A stretch of 64,000 nt of DNA from an uncultured beta proteobacterium (GCA_963774675.1 CAVZFV010000010.1:52793-116792), one strand, 5' to 3'. Counted from the first letter of the stretch, positions 20,834 to 30,339 are shown. Program-made: numbers and translations. Notes: generated by a model not told the origin, from the letters alone.

Positions 20834-21400
20834 CTACCTGGCCGGCAGGGGACTCAGCAGCAGCAGCTTCAAGGCGTAGAGCACGACGAGGGTGCCGACC
20901 AAGTCGCCGATCAGCATCGTGAGAATGTCGGCGGGATTGGCTATGGGGTCGTTCAGCAGTATGAAGACCAGGCAGTGCAACAGCGCGCTGCAGGTTGCAT
21001 TCGCGAGGGCGAGTTGCGCCAAGGCGCCGACGCTCAGCCCGCGAAGGTCAGGCTTCAGCCCAAGAGGCTCGCGCATGAGCGCGACCGCCAGCAGCGGCGC
21101 CAGGGCAGACATCGGCGCGGCGATGAGCACGGCCGGAGTCCAACTGCCGAACACTTGGCTGCTGGTCACGAGGGCGCCGATCCACAAACCCAGCGCCCCG
21201 GGCAAACCCCAGATCAACACGGCGATCAGGCGCAGGGCGGCGGGCAGGAATATCCAGCTGGCCGCCTGGGTCTTCTCGAGGGAGTGGAACGCCCAATCAT
21301 TGAGCCAATACAGGCATACCCAGAGGACAGCGATGCCTGCAGCAACCGGAAAACTCCGAATAACCCGCTGCAGGGAAGCCTCACTCGTCACGAGTGGCAA
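20834..21400 (-). CDS. Polytopic membrane protein of unknown function
   Basis: 188 aa, 5-6 hydrophobic helices. Overlaps the stop of the upstream wHTH gene by 20 nt. Confidence 0.5.
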   Translation of the reverse strand: MPLVTSEASLQRVIRSFPVAAGIAVLWVCLYWLNDWAFHSLEKTQAASWIFLPAALRLIAVLIWGLPGALGLWIGALVTSSQVFGSWTPAVLIAAPMSALAPLLAVALMREPLGLKPDLRGLSVGALAQLALANATCSALLHCLVFILLNDPIANPADILTMLIGDLVGTLVVLYALKLLLLSPLPAR

Positions 21401-21740
21401 GCTTCAAACACTGCCCGAGTTTCGCGAACCACGCGTGCGTGTCACTGGTGGGTTCGATGACGCGCAGGCGGCTGTCGCTTTCGTGCTCGCGCAGCACGAT
21501 CAGGCCCTTTTCCTGCAGCCGCTTCAGGCGCCGATGCACCGTGGAGGGTGAGGCGTCAGGCGAGAGCCGCATCGCTTCCAACACCGTGACCTGCGCGCCA
21601 GTGGCCCAGACGGCTGCGAGTGCGTTCAGTACGCGCTCTTCCACCGCGTCCAGGCTCGGGAACGAGGGCAGGCTGCGCACCGCGTTCACCAGGTTGAGGA
21701 ATCGCAGATAGGTTTGGGATGCGTCTTTGGGCTTGATCAC
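21381..21740 (-). CDS. MarR-like winged-helix transcriptional regulator
   Basis: 119 aa. ..VTVLEAMRLSPDASPSTVHRRLKRLQEKGLIVL.. is a wHTH recognition-helix pattern. Confidence 0.6.
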   Translation of the reverse strand: MIKPKDASQTYLRFLNLVNAVRSLPSFPSLDAVEERVLNALAAVWATGAQVTVLEAMRLSPDASPSTVHRRLKRLQEKGLIVLREHESDSRLRVIEPTSDTHAWFAKLGQCLKLATRDE

Positions 21741-22109
21741 GGTCGGTGCTTCTGGGCAGCATTCTCCTCAAATTGACACGGATTTCAAGCCCCCGAGGCG
21801 ACAGGTCGGATGAAGCCTCATCCTTGCCATGAGGCCCTCATGCAAGATGGACGCAGTCCTTCACCACTTGTCGTCTTCACGACGATCCCGGCTCGGCTTC
21901 GCGGCATCGGTGATGGCGCTTCGGTCATGACGGTCTGCCGCGCGGCAACGCGGGTCGGCTTCATCGCGACGGCCGCCACCGGGAAGATCTCGCTCACGAC
22001 TGCGCCACCGATCTGCCCGGGAAGTGAACTCAGTGTCGGCTGACGGTCGCTCAAGCGCGGCGATCCACCGCTGTCTGACGTGCGCGCTGGCGCACGACTT
22101 CCGACGCTC

Positions 22110-25100
22110 TCAGGCCGCCTGTCGTTGCCCCGCCGCGCCGCGCCACGCGGCCATCAGCGTCGCCCACTTCGCGCGGGCCGCGACGAGATGGCGGTCCTTC
22201 ACGTGGCCGTAGCCGCGGATCTCTTCCGGGATGCGTGCGATATCGACCGCCTGCGCAAGCTTTTCGGCTGACAGCGTCGCGAGCAGTTCCTCGATGCACG
22301 CGCGGTACTCGCCGATCAGCGCGCGTTCGGTCTTGCGCTCCTCACTGCGGGCGAAGATGTCGAGCGCGCCGCCGCGCAGGCCCTTCAACTTCGCAAGAAA
22401 GCCGAAGGCGGTCAGCATCCACGGCCCGTAGGCGCGCTTCACAAGTTCACCCTTGTCGTTGCGCTTCGCGGTGAGGGGCGGCGCGAGGTGGTAGTGCAGC
22501 TTGTAGTCGCCCTCGAACTGCGACGCGATGCGATCGAGGAAGGCCTTGTCGGTGTGCAGGCGCGCCACCTCGTATTCGTCCTTGTAGGCCATCAGCTTGA
22601 ACAGGTAGCGGGCGACGGCTTCGGTGAGCTTCGTGCTCGCGTGCGGCGCTTCGGCCACGCGGACCTTCTCGACGAACGCTCTGTATTGCTGCGCGTAGGC
22701 GGCGTCCTGATACGCGGTGAGGAACTCGACGCGCTTGGCGATCATCTCGGCCAAGCCAGGCTTCTTCGCGAACTGGATCACCTTCGCTGTCGAGGCGAGG
22801 GATTGCACGATCGCCTGAACGCCCGCCGCGTCGTGTGCCGCGCGGCGGCCCCATTCGAATGCGGCCTTGTTGTTCGCGACCTGTACCGCGTTGAGTTCGA
22901 TCGCGCGCATCAGCGAGGCGTGCGATAGCGGCACGCGGCCCTTCTGCCACGCGTAGCCGAGCAGCAGCGGATTAGTGTAGATCGAGTCGCCAATCAACTG
23001 CACCGCGAGCTGATCCGCATCGACGCTGCCGACACGTTCGGTACCCACCGCGGCTGCGACCGCGGCTTCGCACTGCCCCTGCGGGAACTGCCAGTTCGGG
23101 TTGCTGACGAAGGCCGCTGTCGGCGTGCCATGCGTGTTGAGTGCGACGTAGGTGCGGCCTTCGCGCATCACCGCCATCGTCGCCTTGTTGGCGGCGACGA
23201 GTGGGTCGCAGGCGATCACGAGATCAGCTTCGGCGGTGCCGACCTTGGTGGTGTGGATCGCGTCTCGGTGGTCGGCGATCTGCACGTGGCTCCACGTGCT
23301 GCCGCCCTTTTGCGCGAGGCCGCCCGCGTCCTGCGTGACGATGCCCTTGCCTTCGATGTGCGCTGCCATGCCGAGCAGCTGGCCGATCGTGATCACGCCG
23401 GTGCCGCCGACACCGCCCACGACGATGCCGAATGCCTTCTCGGCCGAAGGCAGCACGGGCTCGGGCAGCGGCGGCAGCGCGAACGGGTCAGGCCGCGCGC
23501 TGTCGGCCCTCTTCGCCGACTTGCGTTGCCCGCCTTCGACCGTGACGAAGCTCGGGCAGAAGCCCTTCACGCAAGAGAAATCCTTGTTGCAGGTGTTCTG
23601 GTTGATCGTGCGCTTGCGACCGAACTCGGTTTCGAGCGGCTCGACCGAGAGGCAGTTGCTCTGTACAGAGCAGTCGCCGCAGCCTTCGCAGACGAGCTCG
23701 TTGATGATGACGGTCTTGGCGGGCGTCGCCATCGTGCCGCGCTTGCGGCGGCGGCGCTTCTCGGTCGCGCAGGTCTGGTCGTAGATGATGACGGTGCAGC
23801 CCGCGACTTCGCGCAGCATCTTCTGCACCGCGTCGAGCTCGTCGCGGTGGCGCACCGTGACGCCAGGCGCGAGGTTCTTCACGCCTTCGTATTTCTCGGG
23901 TTCGTCGGTGACGACGACGATTTGCTTCGCGCCCTCGGCCTCGAGCTCGCGCGTCATCTCCGGCACGCGCAAGGTGCCGTCGATCGGCTGGCCGCCGGTC
24001 ATCGCGACGGCGTCGTTGAAGAGCACCTTGTAGGTGATGTTCACCTTCGCCGCGATGCTCTGGCGGATCGCGAGCAGGCCCGAGTGGAAGTAGGTGCCGT
24101 CGCCGAGATTGGCGAAGATGTGCTTGTCTTTCGTGAACGGCGCTTGACCCACCCATGAGACGCCCTCGCCGCCCATCTGGCTGAACGTCACCGTGCTGCG
24201 GTTCATCCAGACCGCCATGTAGTGGCAGCCGATGCCTGCCACTGCGCGCGAGCCTTCCGGTACGCGCGTCGAGGTGTTGTGCGGGCAGCCGCTGCAAAAG
24301 TAGGGGATGCGATCGCCGGTGTCGGCTGACTTCAGCGTCAGGCTGCGCTCCTTCGCGTCGACGATGGCGAGGTGCGCGTCCATGCGTGCGGCGACGTCTT
24401 CCGGCACGCCGAGCTTCTTCAGGCGTTTGGCGATCGCGCGCGCGATGATCGCCGGCGTCAAATCCGCCTGCGGGCGCAGCAGCCAGTTCTGGCTCGGGTT
24501 GGGTTGCGACCATTCGCCGCCGCTGCCCTCTTGACCATCTGCGCTTTCGTCGAACTTGCCGAGCACGTTCGGCCGCACGTCGGGCCGCCAGTTGTAGAGC
24601 TCTTCCTTCAACTGGTATTCGATGACCTGGCGCTTCTCCTCGACGACGAGGATCTCCTGCAAGCCTTGCGCGAACTCGCGCGTGATCGTCGCCTCCAGCG
24701 GCCAGACGACGTTGACCTTGTGCACCCGGATGCCGAGCGTGCGGCATTGCGTGTCGGTGAGCCCCAGATCCTGCAGCGCCTGGCGCGTGTCGTTCCACGC
24801 CTTGCCGCTTGCGATCAGGCCGAAGCGCGCGTTTGGCGAATCGACCACCGTGTAGTTCAGCTTGTTGGCGCGAATGTAGGCAAGCGCCGCGTACCACTTG
24901 TAGTCGAACAGCCGCGCCTCCTGATCGAGCGGGCCGTCCGGCCAGCGGATGTGCACGCCGCCCGGCGGCATCTGGAAGTCCTCCGGCAGCACGATCTTCA
25001 CGCGATCAGGGTCGACGCTGACGCTTGAGGACGATTCGACGATCTCCTGGATCGTCTTCATGCCCGACCAGACGCCCGCGAAGCGGCTCAGCGCGAGCGC

Positions 25101-25688
25101 ATGCAGCCCCATATCGAGGATCTCCTGCACGCCCGATGGGAAGAACACCGGCAGCCCGCAAGCCTTGAAGATGTGGTCGCTCTGGTGCGCCGCGGTGCTG
25201 CTCTTCGAAATATGGTCGTCGCCCGCGATCGCGATCACGCCGCCGTGCGGCGCCGTGCCCGCCATGTTGGCGTGCTTGAAGACGTCCGAGCAGCGATCGA
25301 CGCCCGGGCCCTTGCCGTACCAGATGCCGAACACGCCGTCGAACTTCTTCGATTGCGGATAGAGCTCGAGTTGCTGCGTGCCCCAGACCGCGGTCGCCGC
25401 GAGTTCCTCGTTGACGCCCGGCTGGAAGACGATGTTCTGCACGGCGAGGTGCTTTTGCGCGCTCCACAGCGCCTGGTCGTAGCCGCCGAGCGGCGAGCCG
25501 CGGTAGCCGCTGACGAAGCCGCCCGTCTTCAGCCCGGCGGCGGCGTCGCGCCGCACCTGCAGCATCGGCAGCCGCACGAGCGCCTGCACGCCGCTCATGA
25601 AAGCCTGGCCCGATTCGAGCTGGTACTTGTCGTCGATGGTGACGCTCTCGAGGGCGCGGCGGACGGCTTCGGGCAGGGGGGCGTTCAT
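22110..25688 (-). CDS. Indolepyruvate ferredoxin oxidoreductase family protein (fused alpha/beta)
   Basis: 1192 aa from MNAPLPEAVRR. TPP motif GDGTYFHSG and 4Fe-4S cluster CEGCGDCSVQSNC. Typical divergent pairing with an Lrp regulator. Confidence 0.9.
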   Translation of the reverse strand: MNAPLPEAVRRALESVTIDDKYQLESGQAFMSGVQALVRLPMLQVRRDAAAGLKTGGFVSGYRGSPLGGYDQALWSAQKHLAVQNIVFQPGVNEELAATAVWGTQQLELYPQSKKFDGVFGIWYGKGPGVDRCSDVFKHANMAGTAPHGGVIAIAGDDHISKSSTAAHQSDHIFKACGLPVFFPSGVQEILDMGLHALALSRFAGVWSGMKTIQEIVESSSSVSVDPDRVKIVLPEDFQMPPGGVHIRWPDGPLDQEARLFDYKWYAALAYIRANKLNYTVVDSPNARFGLIASGKAWNDTRQALQDLGLTDTQCRTLGIRVHKVNVVWPLEATITREFAQGLQEILVVEEKRQVIEYQLKEELYNWRPDVRPNVLGKFDESADGQEGSGGEWSQPNPSQNWLLRPQADLTPAIIARAIAKRLKKLGVPEDVAARMDAHLAIVDAKERSLTLKSADTGDRIPYFCSGCPHNTSTRVPEGSRAVAGIGCHYMAVWMNRSTVTFSQMGGEGVSWVGQAPFTKDKHIFANLGDGTYFHSGLLAIRQSIAAKVNITYKVLFNDAVAMTGGQPIDGTLRVPEMTRELEAEGAKQIVVVTDEPEKYEGVKNLAPGVTVRHRDELDAVQKMLREVAGCTVIIYDQTCATEKRRRRKRGTMATPAKTVIINELVCEGCGDCSVQSNCLSVEPLETEFGRKRTINQNTCNKDFSCVKGFCPSFVTVEGGQRKSAKRADSARPDPFALPPLPEPVLPSAEKAFGIVVGGVGGTGVITIGQLLGMAAHIEGKGIVTQDAGGLAQKGGSTWSHVQIADHRDAIHTTKVGTAEADLVIACDPLVAANKATMAVMREGRTYVALNTHGTPTAAFVSNPNWQFPQGQCEAAVAAAVGTERVGSVDADQLAVQLIGDSIYTNPLLLGYAWQKGRVPLSHASLMRAIELNAVQVANNKAAFEWGRRAAHDAAGVQAIVQSLASTAKVIQFAKKPGLAEMIAKRVEFLTAYQDAAYAQQYRAFVEKVRVAEAPHASTKLTEAVARYLFKLMAYKDEYEVARLHTDKAFLDRIASQFEGDYKLHYHLAPPLTAKRNDKGELVKRAYGPWMLTAFGFLAKLKGLRGGALDIFARSEERKTERALIGEYRACIEELLATLSAEKLAQAVDIARIPEEIRGYGHVKDRHLVAARAKWATLMAAWRGAAGQRQAA

Positions 25689-25868
25689 GCGCGGGACTCC
25701 TCGGGGTGCAAGTCGCAGTGCGGCGCCCGGCAACAAAGCGCGGCGCATGCACTGGGAAGGAAAGGGTGGCGAAGCGCTGCAGTTTAGGCAAAGTGGGCCC
25801 GGAAGTCTTTTCGTTCTTTGCCTTGAATCCGCTACGCAAGGCAATATCCTTTCGCCATTTCAGCGGAG

Positions 25869-26462
25869 ATGCTGCAGATGGCGCTCAAATCAAAGAAATC
25901 AGGGCAAACCCTAGACGCAGAGGAGCCGCCTGCGGTTTCTGCAGCGGCTCCAGCGGCGGCTTCTGCGGCGGCCGTTGCGCCACACGGCGACCGGCTCGAC
26001 CGCTACGACATTGCGATACTCGCGGAGCTGCAGCGCGAGGCGCGCTTGACAAATGCCGAGCTGTCGGCGCGCATCGGCCTGTCGGCGGCGCCCACCTGGC
26101 GGCGCGTCAAGTGGCTCGAGCGCGAGGGCTACATCACCGGCTACCGGGCGGAGCTGGACCGCCGCAAGCTCGGCCTCGGCGTGCTCGCCTTCGTGCGCGT
26201 CGATGCCGACCGCAACACCGGCGAGGCGACGCGCGAGCTCGAGGACGCTATCCGCCGCCTGCCGGAAGTGATTTCGTGCCACTACATCTCGGGCGCGGGC
26301 ACCTTCGAGCTGCAGGTCATCGTGACGGACCTGGAGGCTTTCTCGCAGTTTTCGATCAAGACCCTTTTGAATCTGCCGAATGTGAAAGACATCCACACGA
26401 GTTTTTCACTCGGCGAGGTCAAGGCGGGCGCGGCGCTGCCGCTCGCCCACCTGCGGCCTTAG
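25869..26462 (+). CDS. Lrp/AsnC-family transcriptional regulator
   Basis: LDRYDIAILAELQREARLTNAELSARIGLSAAPTWRRVKWLEREGYI HTH, plus a C-terminal RAM/AsnC domain. The N-terminal ~40 aa and the exact start are uncertain. Confidence 0.85.
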   Translation: MLQMALKSKKSGQTLDAEEPPAVSAAAPAAASAAAVAPHGDRLDRYDIAILAELQREARLTNAELSARIGLSAAPTWRRVKWLEREGYITGYRAELDRRKLGLGVLAFVRVDADRNTGEATRELEDAIRRLPEVISCHYISGAGTFELQVIVTDLEAFSQFSIKTLLNLPNVKDIHTSFSLGEVKAGAALPLAHLRP

Positions 26463-26482
26463 CTTGGTACTTCCCCCGATCG

Positions 26483-27586
26483 ATGACATTCGCCTCCCAC
26501 CTGTCCCACGTCTTCGTCGGCAGCGACGCGCGGTCGCGGCGTCAGGTGCTGTACTGGGCGATCACGGTCGGGCTGTATGCGGTGTGCGTGCTGCTGCTGG
26601 TGTTCGAGAGCCGGGTCGGTGTCGCCGACCCCGCGGTGGTATCACTGCTCGTCAGCATCATCGTCGCTGGCACCTTGATGTTTTACGTGCCGGTGCGCAT
26701 GAGCCAGCGCCTCAGCCTGTCACCATCACTACTGGCAATGGCGCAGGCTGTGTTCGCGATCACCGGCATCGTCGCCTCCTATGCCACGATCGGCCCGGCG
26801 CGCGGCGGCACGCTCGCGATCCTTGTCGTCGTGCTCGTGTTCTGCTCTTTCGCGCTGACGCCGCGCCAGTCCTACGCGATGAGCGCGTTTGCGATCGTGC
26901 TGCTCGGCGTCACGATGCTGGTGATGAACCGCCTGCAGCCCGAACGCTACGCCGCCGGCCTGGAGTTCGTGCACTTCACGCTTGCCGCGACCATGCTCGG
27001 CGCCGTCACGTTCCTGACCGGGCGGTTGAGTGAGTTGCGCAACAAGCTCAAGAACCAGCGCGCCGAGCTCGCGCAGGCGCTCGAGCGCATTCAAAAGATG
27101 GCGACGCGCGATGACCTGACGCTGCTCACGAACCGCAGGCACATGAACGAATTGCTCGCTTATGAGAAGGAGCGTCACGACCGCAAGGGCCATGCGCTGT
27201 CGCTCGCGCTGCTCGACATCGATTGGTTCAAGCGCGTCAACGACGTGCACGGCCACGCCGCCGGTGACGAAGTGCTGCGCGACTTCGCGCGCCAGGCGCT
27301 CGGCGCGGTGCGCAGTACCGACGTGCTCGCGCGATGGGGCGGCGAGGAGTTCCTGGTCATGCTGCCGGACACCGAGCCGCAGGCGGCGGCGATGGTGCTC
27401 GAGCGCATGCGCGCGCAGATGGCGGCACACGAATTCAGTGCGGGCGAGGTCCCGCTCAAGATCAGCTTCTCGGCCGGGCTGACGGTGGCGCGCAGTGGCG
27501 AGCCGATCGCCGACACGATTGCACGCTCGGACGCCGCGCTCTACGCCGCGAAGGCGGCAGGGCGCAATCGGGTTGTCAGCGCATGA
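26483..27586 (+). CDS. Membrane-anchored diguanylate cyclase (GGDEF)
   Basis: Start at MTFASHLSH. About 6 TM helices, then a GGDEF domain with an active-site GGEEF (ARWGGEEFLVML). The 626-aa ORF in the track is a spurious 5' extension across lrp. Confidence 0.85.
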   Translation: MTFASHLSHVFVGSDARSRRQVLYWAITVGLYAVCVLLLVFESRVGVADPAVVSLLVSIIVAGTLMFYVPVRMSQRLSLSPSLLAMAQAVFAITGIVASYATIGPARGGTLAILVVVLVFCSFALTPRQSYAMSAFAIVLLGVTMLVMNRLQPERYAAGLEFVHFTLAATMLGAVTFLTGRLSELRNKLKNQRAELAQALERIQKMATRDDLTLLTNRRHMNELLAYEKERHDRKGHALSLALLDIDWFKRVNDVHGHAAGDEVLRDFARQALGAVRSTDVLARWGGEEFLVMLPDTEPQAAAMVLERMRAQMAAHEFSAGEVPLKISFSAGLTVARSGEPIADTIARSDAALYAAKAAGRNRVVSA

Positions 27587-27655
27587 AGCCGGACATGTCG
27601 TCGTACATGACGCCACGTCTGTTGCGCCACATGACGCCGCGCAAGAGCCTCACAC

Positions 27656-27727
27656 GACGCCGTACGAGACGCCGTACGAGACGCCGTACGTGACGCCGTA
27701 CGAGACGCCGTACGTGACGCCGTACGA
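27656..27727. repeat. 12-nt tandem repeat x6 (GACGCCGTACGA/T)
   Basis: Six head-to-tail units, two of them with a terminal A>T change, plus a degenerate seventh. Each unit contains the palindrome CGTACG. Lies between the GGDEF gene and the next ORF. Confidence 0.95.
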
Positions 27728-27737
27728 GACGCCGCGC

Positions 27738-28376
27738 ATGCGCGCTGCGATGCGGCATGTCGCCGCGGCCGCGCTATTTGCGCAGCTCGTGGTGTTCGCT
27801 CAGCTCGCGCTTTGGTCGAGCGGGGTCGCGGCTGCCCTGCCGGCGCGCAACCTGTGCATCGAATTGCGCGAAGCCAGCGCCGACGGCGTCGATGCCGCAG
27901 CGGGTTGGCAAGTCAGCAGTACCGACGCACGCGCCGCGCGCGAACAGCCGCCGCAGCGCTTGTGCGTGCAAAACGGCGAGCGCGCGGCGATGAACATTGG
28001 CGTGACCCGGCCGGTACAGGTCTGGCAAGCGGCGCCCGGCGTCGTGTTGCCGTTGCCAGTGCCGACGACGCAATGGATCCCGGCGGGCCAGCGTTTGGGA
28101 GTACGCGCGCGCTGGGGCGGCGGACGCGAGCCGGTGCAACTCGAGATCGACGCCCATGCGGGCCGCTTCGACCCGAGCGTCGCACCCGGCAGCGGCGAGG
28201 CGCCATCGCGCGCCGAAGCTGGCGTGCAGACGACGCTGCGCGTGCCGCTCGACACCTGGGTCACGATCGCCGCGGCCGGTACTGAGGCCGATGGCGCCGA
28301 CAACGCGGGTGTCGTCTCGACTGCTTCAGCGCGCGCCGGGCATCGGCTGCAGGTGCGCATCACGCTCGCACCCTGA
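27738..28376 (+). CDS. Exported hypothetical protein
   Basis: Start placed at MRAAMRHVAAAALFAQLVVFAQLALWSSGVAAA (signal or anchor-like). I recognise no family. The 293-aa ORF in the track would overlap the GGDEF gene by 92 nt. Confidence 0.45.
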   Translation: MRAAMRHVAAAALFAQLVVFAQLALWSSGVAAALPARNLCIELREASADGVDAAAGWQVSSTDARAAREQPPQRLCVQNGERAAMNIGVTRPVQVWQAAPGVVLPLPVPTTQWIPAGQRLGVRARWGGGREPVQLEIDAHAGRFDPSVAPGSGEAPSRAEAGVQTTLRVPLDTWVTIAAAGTEADGADNAGVVSTASARAGHRLQVRITLAP

Positions 28377-28411
28377 AGCGCCTCCGCACCCGGCGCCGGG
28401 CGGCGTTGTGG

Positions 28412-28541
28412 CCGTACCCGGGCAACCAGAGCGCCTACAGTTGCGACCGCAGCCGGGCAGGCAGAGCTCGCAGTTACGACCGCAGCCGGGCAGCCAGAGT
28501 CCCCACAGCTACGGCCGTGGCCAGAGCACCCAAAGCTTGAG
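28412..28541. repeat. 33-35-nt tandem repeat, about 3.5 copies, running into the mltA 3' end
   Basis: Units at 28412-28446, 28447-28479, 28480-28514 and a partial 28515-28541, with consensus CCGCAGCCGGGCAGSCAGAG..CACAGYTACGR. The last unit encodes the mltA C-terminus LKLWVLWPRP*. Confidence 0.8.
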
Positions 28542-29477
28542 CGGCTGTTTCATGCGCCCGGCCTGCTGCTCGGCCGTGTCGCCCCAGCCCCAGAAGTAGT
28601 CAGCGCGCACCGCGCCGGTGATGGCGCTGCCGGTGTCCTGCGCCATCGTCAGGCGGCGCAGCGGCGTGTCGCTCAGGGGCTCGGTGGATGCGAGCCATAC
28701 GGGGGTGCCGTAGGGCACGCTGGACGGATCGACCGCGATCGAACGCCCCGGCGTGAGCGGCACGCCCTGCGCGCCGTTCGGCCCTGCGGCCGGATCGGTG
28801 AGCGGCGTTTCGCGAAAGAACACATAGCGCGGGTTGCTCCACAGCAATGCGTTGAGGCGCGCCGGATTGCGCACCGCCCAGGCGCGGATTGCAGGCCACG
28901 AGGCTTCGCCCGGCTTCAACGCGCCCTGCTCGATCAGCCAGCGCCCGACCGATTTGTAGGGCTGATCGTTGCTGCCCGCGTATGAGACGCGAACAAGTTG
29001 CACGCCGCCATCGGCACCGCGAATCGTCAGGCGCCCCGAGCCCTGGATATGCAGCACGAGGGCGTCGAGCGGATCGTCGAGGTAGGCGATCTCGCGCCCG
29101 CGCAACGCGGCCCTGGTCGCGGGCGACGCGTCGATCTGCTGTCGCGTCCAGTAGGGGCGGCGGGTCGCCAGATCCGGCGGCGGGGCGTAGAGGGGAATGC
29201 GAAACGCACCGCGCGGTTGGCGCGAGGCGTCGAACTGCGGCTCGAAGTAGCCGGTCAAGAGGCCGTCGCGGTTGCCGTCGATCGCCTCGACGCGATAGGC
29301 CTGCAGGTGCTGCTGCAGCCATGCGCGCTGGGTTGCGTCATCGGCGTTCGCGAACTGGCCTGCCTGCTGGCACAGCTTCGCCCACGGCCCGGCAGGCCGC
29401 CCGCAGCCGCGCAGCAGTGCCGGCCACCATTCGCGCAGCGGGTCCGCCTCCCAGCCGGGCAGCTCGGCAAACGGCAC
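28509..29477 (-). CDS. mltA: Membrane-bound lytic murein transglycosylase A (uninterrupted part; signal peptide lies out of frame upstream)
   Basis: MltA and 3D domains (..YFEPQFDASR.., ..GSGRLTIRGADGG.., ..DTGSAITGAVRADYFWGWG..). The ORF begins at a GTG with no signal peptide. A lipoprotein signal MRGVMLGTILGVLAAC sits at 29635-29588 in another frame. Confidence 0.8.
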   Translation of the reverse strand: MPFAELPGWEADPLREWWPALLRGCGRPAGPWAKLCQQAGQFANADDATQRAWLQQHLQAYRVEAIDGNRDGLLTGYFEPQFDASRQPRGAFRIPLYAPPPDLATRRPYWTRQQIDASPATRAALRGREIAYLDDPLDALVLHIQGSGRLTIRGADGGVQLVRVSYAGSNDQPYKSVGRWLIEQGALKPGEASWPAIRAWAVRNPARLNALLWSNPRYVFFRETPLTDPAAGPNGAQGVPLTPGRSIAVDPSSVPYGTPVWLASTEPLSDTPLRRLTMAQDTGSAITGAVRADYFWGWGDTAEQQAGRMKQPLKLWVLWPRP

Positions 29478-29732
29478 GGCGACCCAGCGCGCGTTGGCGC
29501 GTTGGATGAGTGCGGGTGCGGGCGTCGGTGCAGCCGCGGCGGCGGCGGCGCTGACGGAACCTGCGACGCCGGCTCGGGCCCGCTCTGGCAGGCGGCGAGC
29601 ACTCCTAGAATCGTACCCAACATCACGCCGCGCATGGCGCGCGTGCCACCCATCACGCGGCGTATGACGCGCGCGCCGCGGCCCGTGGCGCGCGATACGC
29701 CGGTTCGCGACGCGGCTCTGGGGAATCCGACC

Positions 29733-29846
29733 ATGTGGCTCATCTTGCTGGAAGCGTTTGGCGCCGGGCTGGTGCTGGTGCTGATCGTGTGGTGGACCAT
29801 GTTCTCCGGCCGCAAGCGCGGCGAACGCCCACCGCCGGAGGATTGA
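29733..29846 (+). CDS. Small (37 aa) single-TM protein
   Basis: [37 protein letters not shown] is one hydrophobic helix followed by a basic tail. No family assigned. Confidence 0.35.
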   Translation: MWLILLEAFGAGLVLVLIVWWTMFSGRKRGERPPPED

Positions 29847-29883
29847 CCTCGCAGCGGGGTCGCAGCTCAGCCAAGGCCTGGAT

Positions 29884-30258
29884 TCAGTGCAGCGTCGACG
29901 CGAGCGCCAGCGTGAATTCGCCGACCGGCGCCTCGAACGGCATCGCCTCGTCGGTCATGCAGTAGAAGCGGCCCTGCATCGTGCCGTTCGGCGTCGGCAG
30001 GCGCAGCCAGCTCGTGTATTCGAAGGATTCGCCGGGTTGCAGCAGCGGCTGCTTGCCGACCACGCCCAGGCCGCGCACTTCCTCGACGCGGCCGGTGGCG
30101 TCGGTGATGATCCACTGGCGGCCGATCAACTGCGCCGGCGCATCGCCGCTGTTGCGGATCCTCACCGTGTAGGCGAACGCGTGCGCGCCGGCGTCGGGTT
30201 GCGATCGCTCGGGCAGCGGGCTGACGCTGACGCTGCAGCTGAATTCGGGTCTGGGCAT
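29884..30258 (-). CDS. apaG: ApaG protein
   Basis: 124 aa. [52 protein letters not shown] is the ApaG/DUF525 signature. Confidence 0.9.
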   Translation of the reverse strand: MPRPEFSCSVSVSPLPERSQPDAGAHAFAYTVRIRNSGDAPAQLIGRQWIITDATGRVEEVRGLGVVGKQPLLQPGESFEYTSWLRLPTPNGTMQGRFYCMTDEAMPFEAPVGEFTLALASTLH

Positions 30259-30339
30259 GGCGGCATTATCAGAGAGCGGCTAGCGGTGCACGGCTGCGCG
30301 CTCCTAGAATCGACTCACGCCTTCGCACTCCCCACCACC

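Noticed and set aside
21741-22109. 370-bp gap with short ORFs (21810-22043 +, 21818-22054 -) between the wHTH gene and the ior gene.
   Set aside because: The translations have no recognisable motifs or signal sequences, and the two ORFs overlap each other on opposite strands. This may be a gene remnant, but I cannot support a call.
25706-26482. 5' extension that makes the GGDEF ORF 626 aa long.
   Set aside because: It overlaps the Lrp/AsnC gene in another frame and looks non-coding. A clean ATG at 26483 precedes the first TM helix.
27656-27727. Possible CRISPR array.
   Set aside because: The units are 12 nt and directly abutting, with no spacers and no cas genes. It is a simple tandem repeat.
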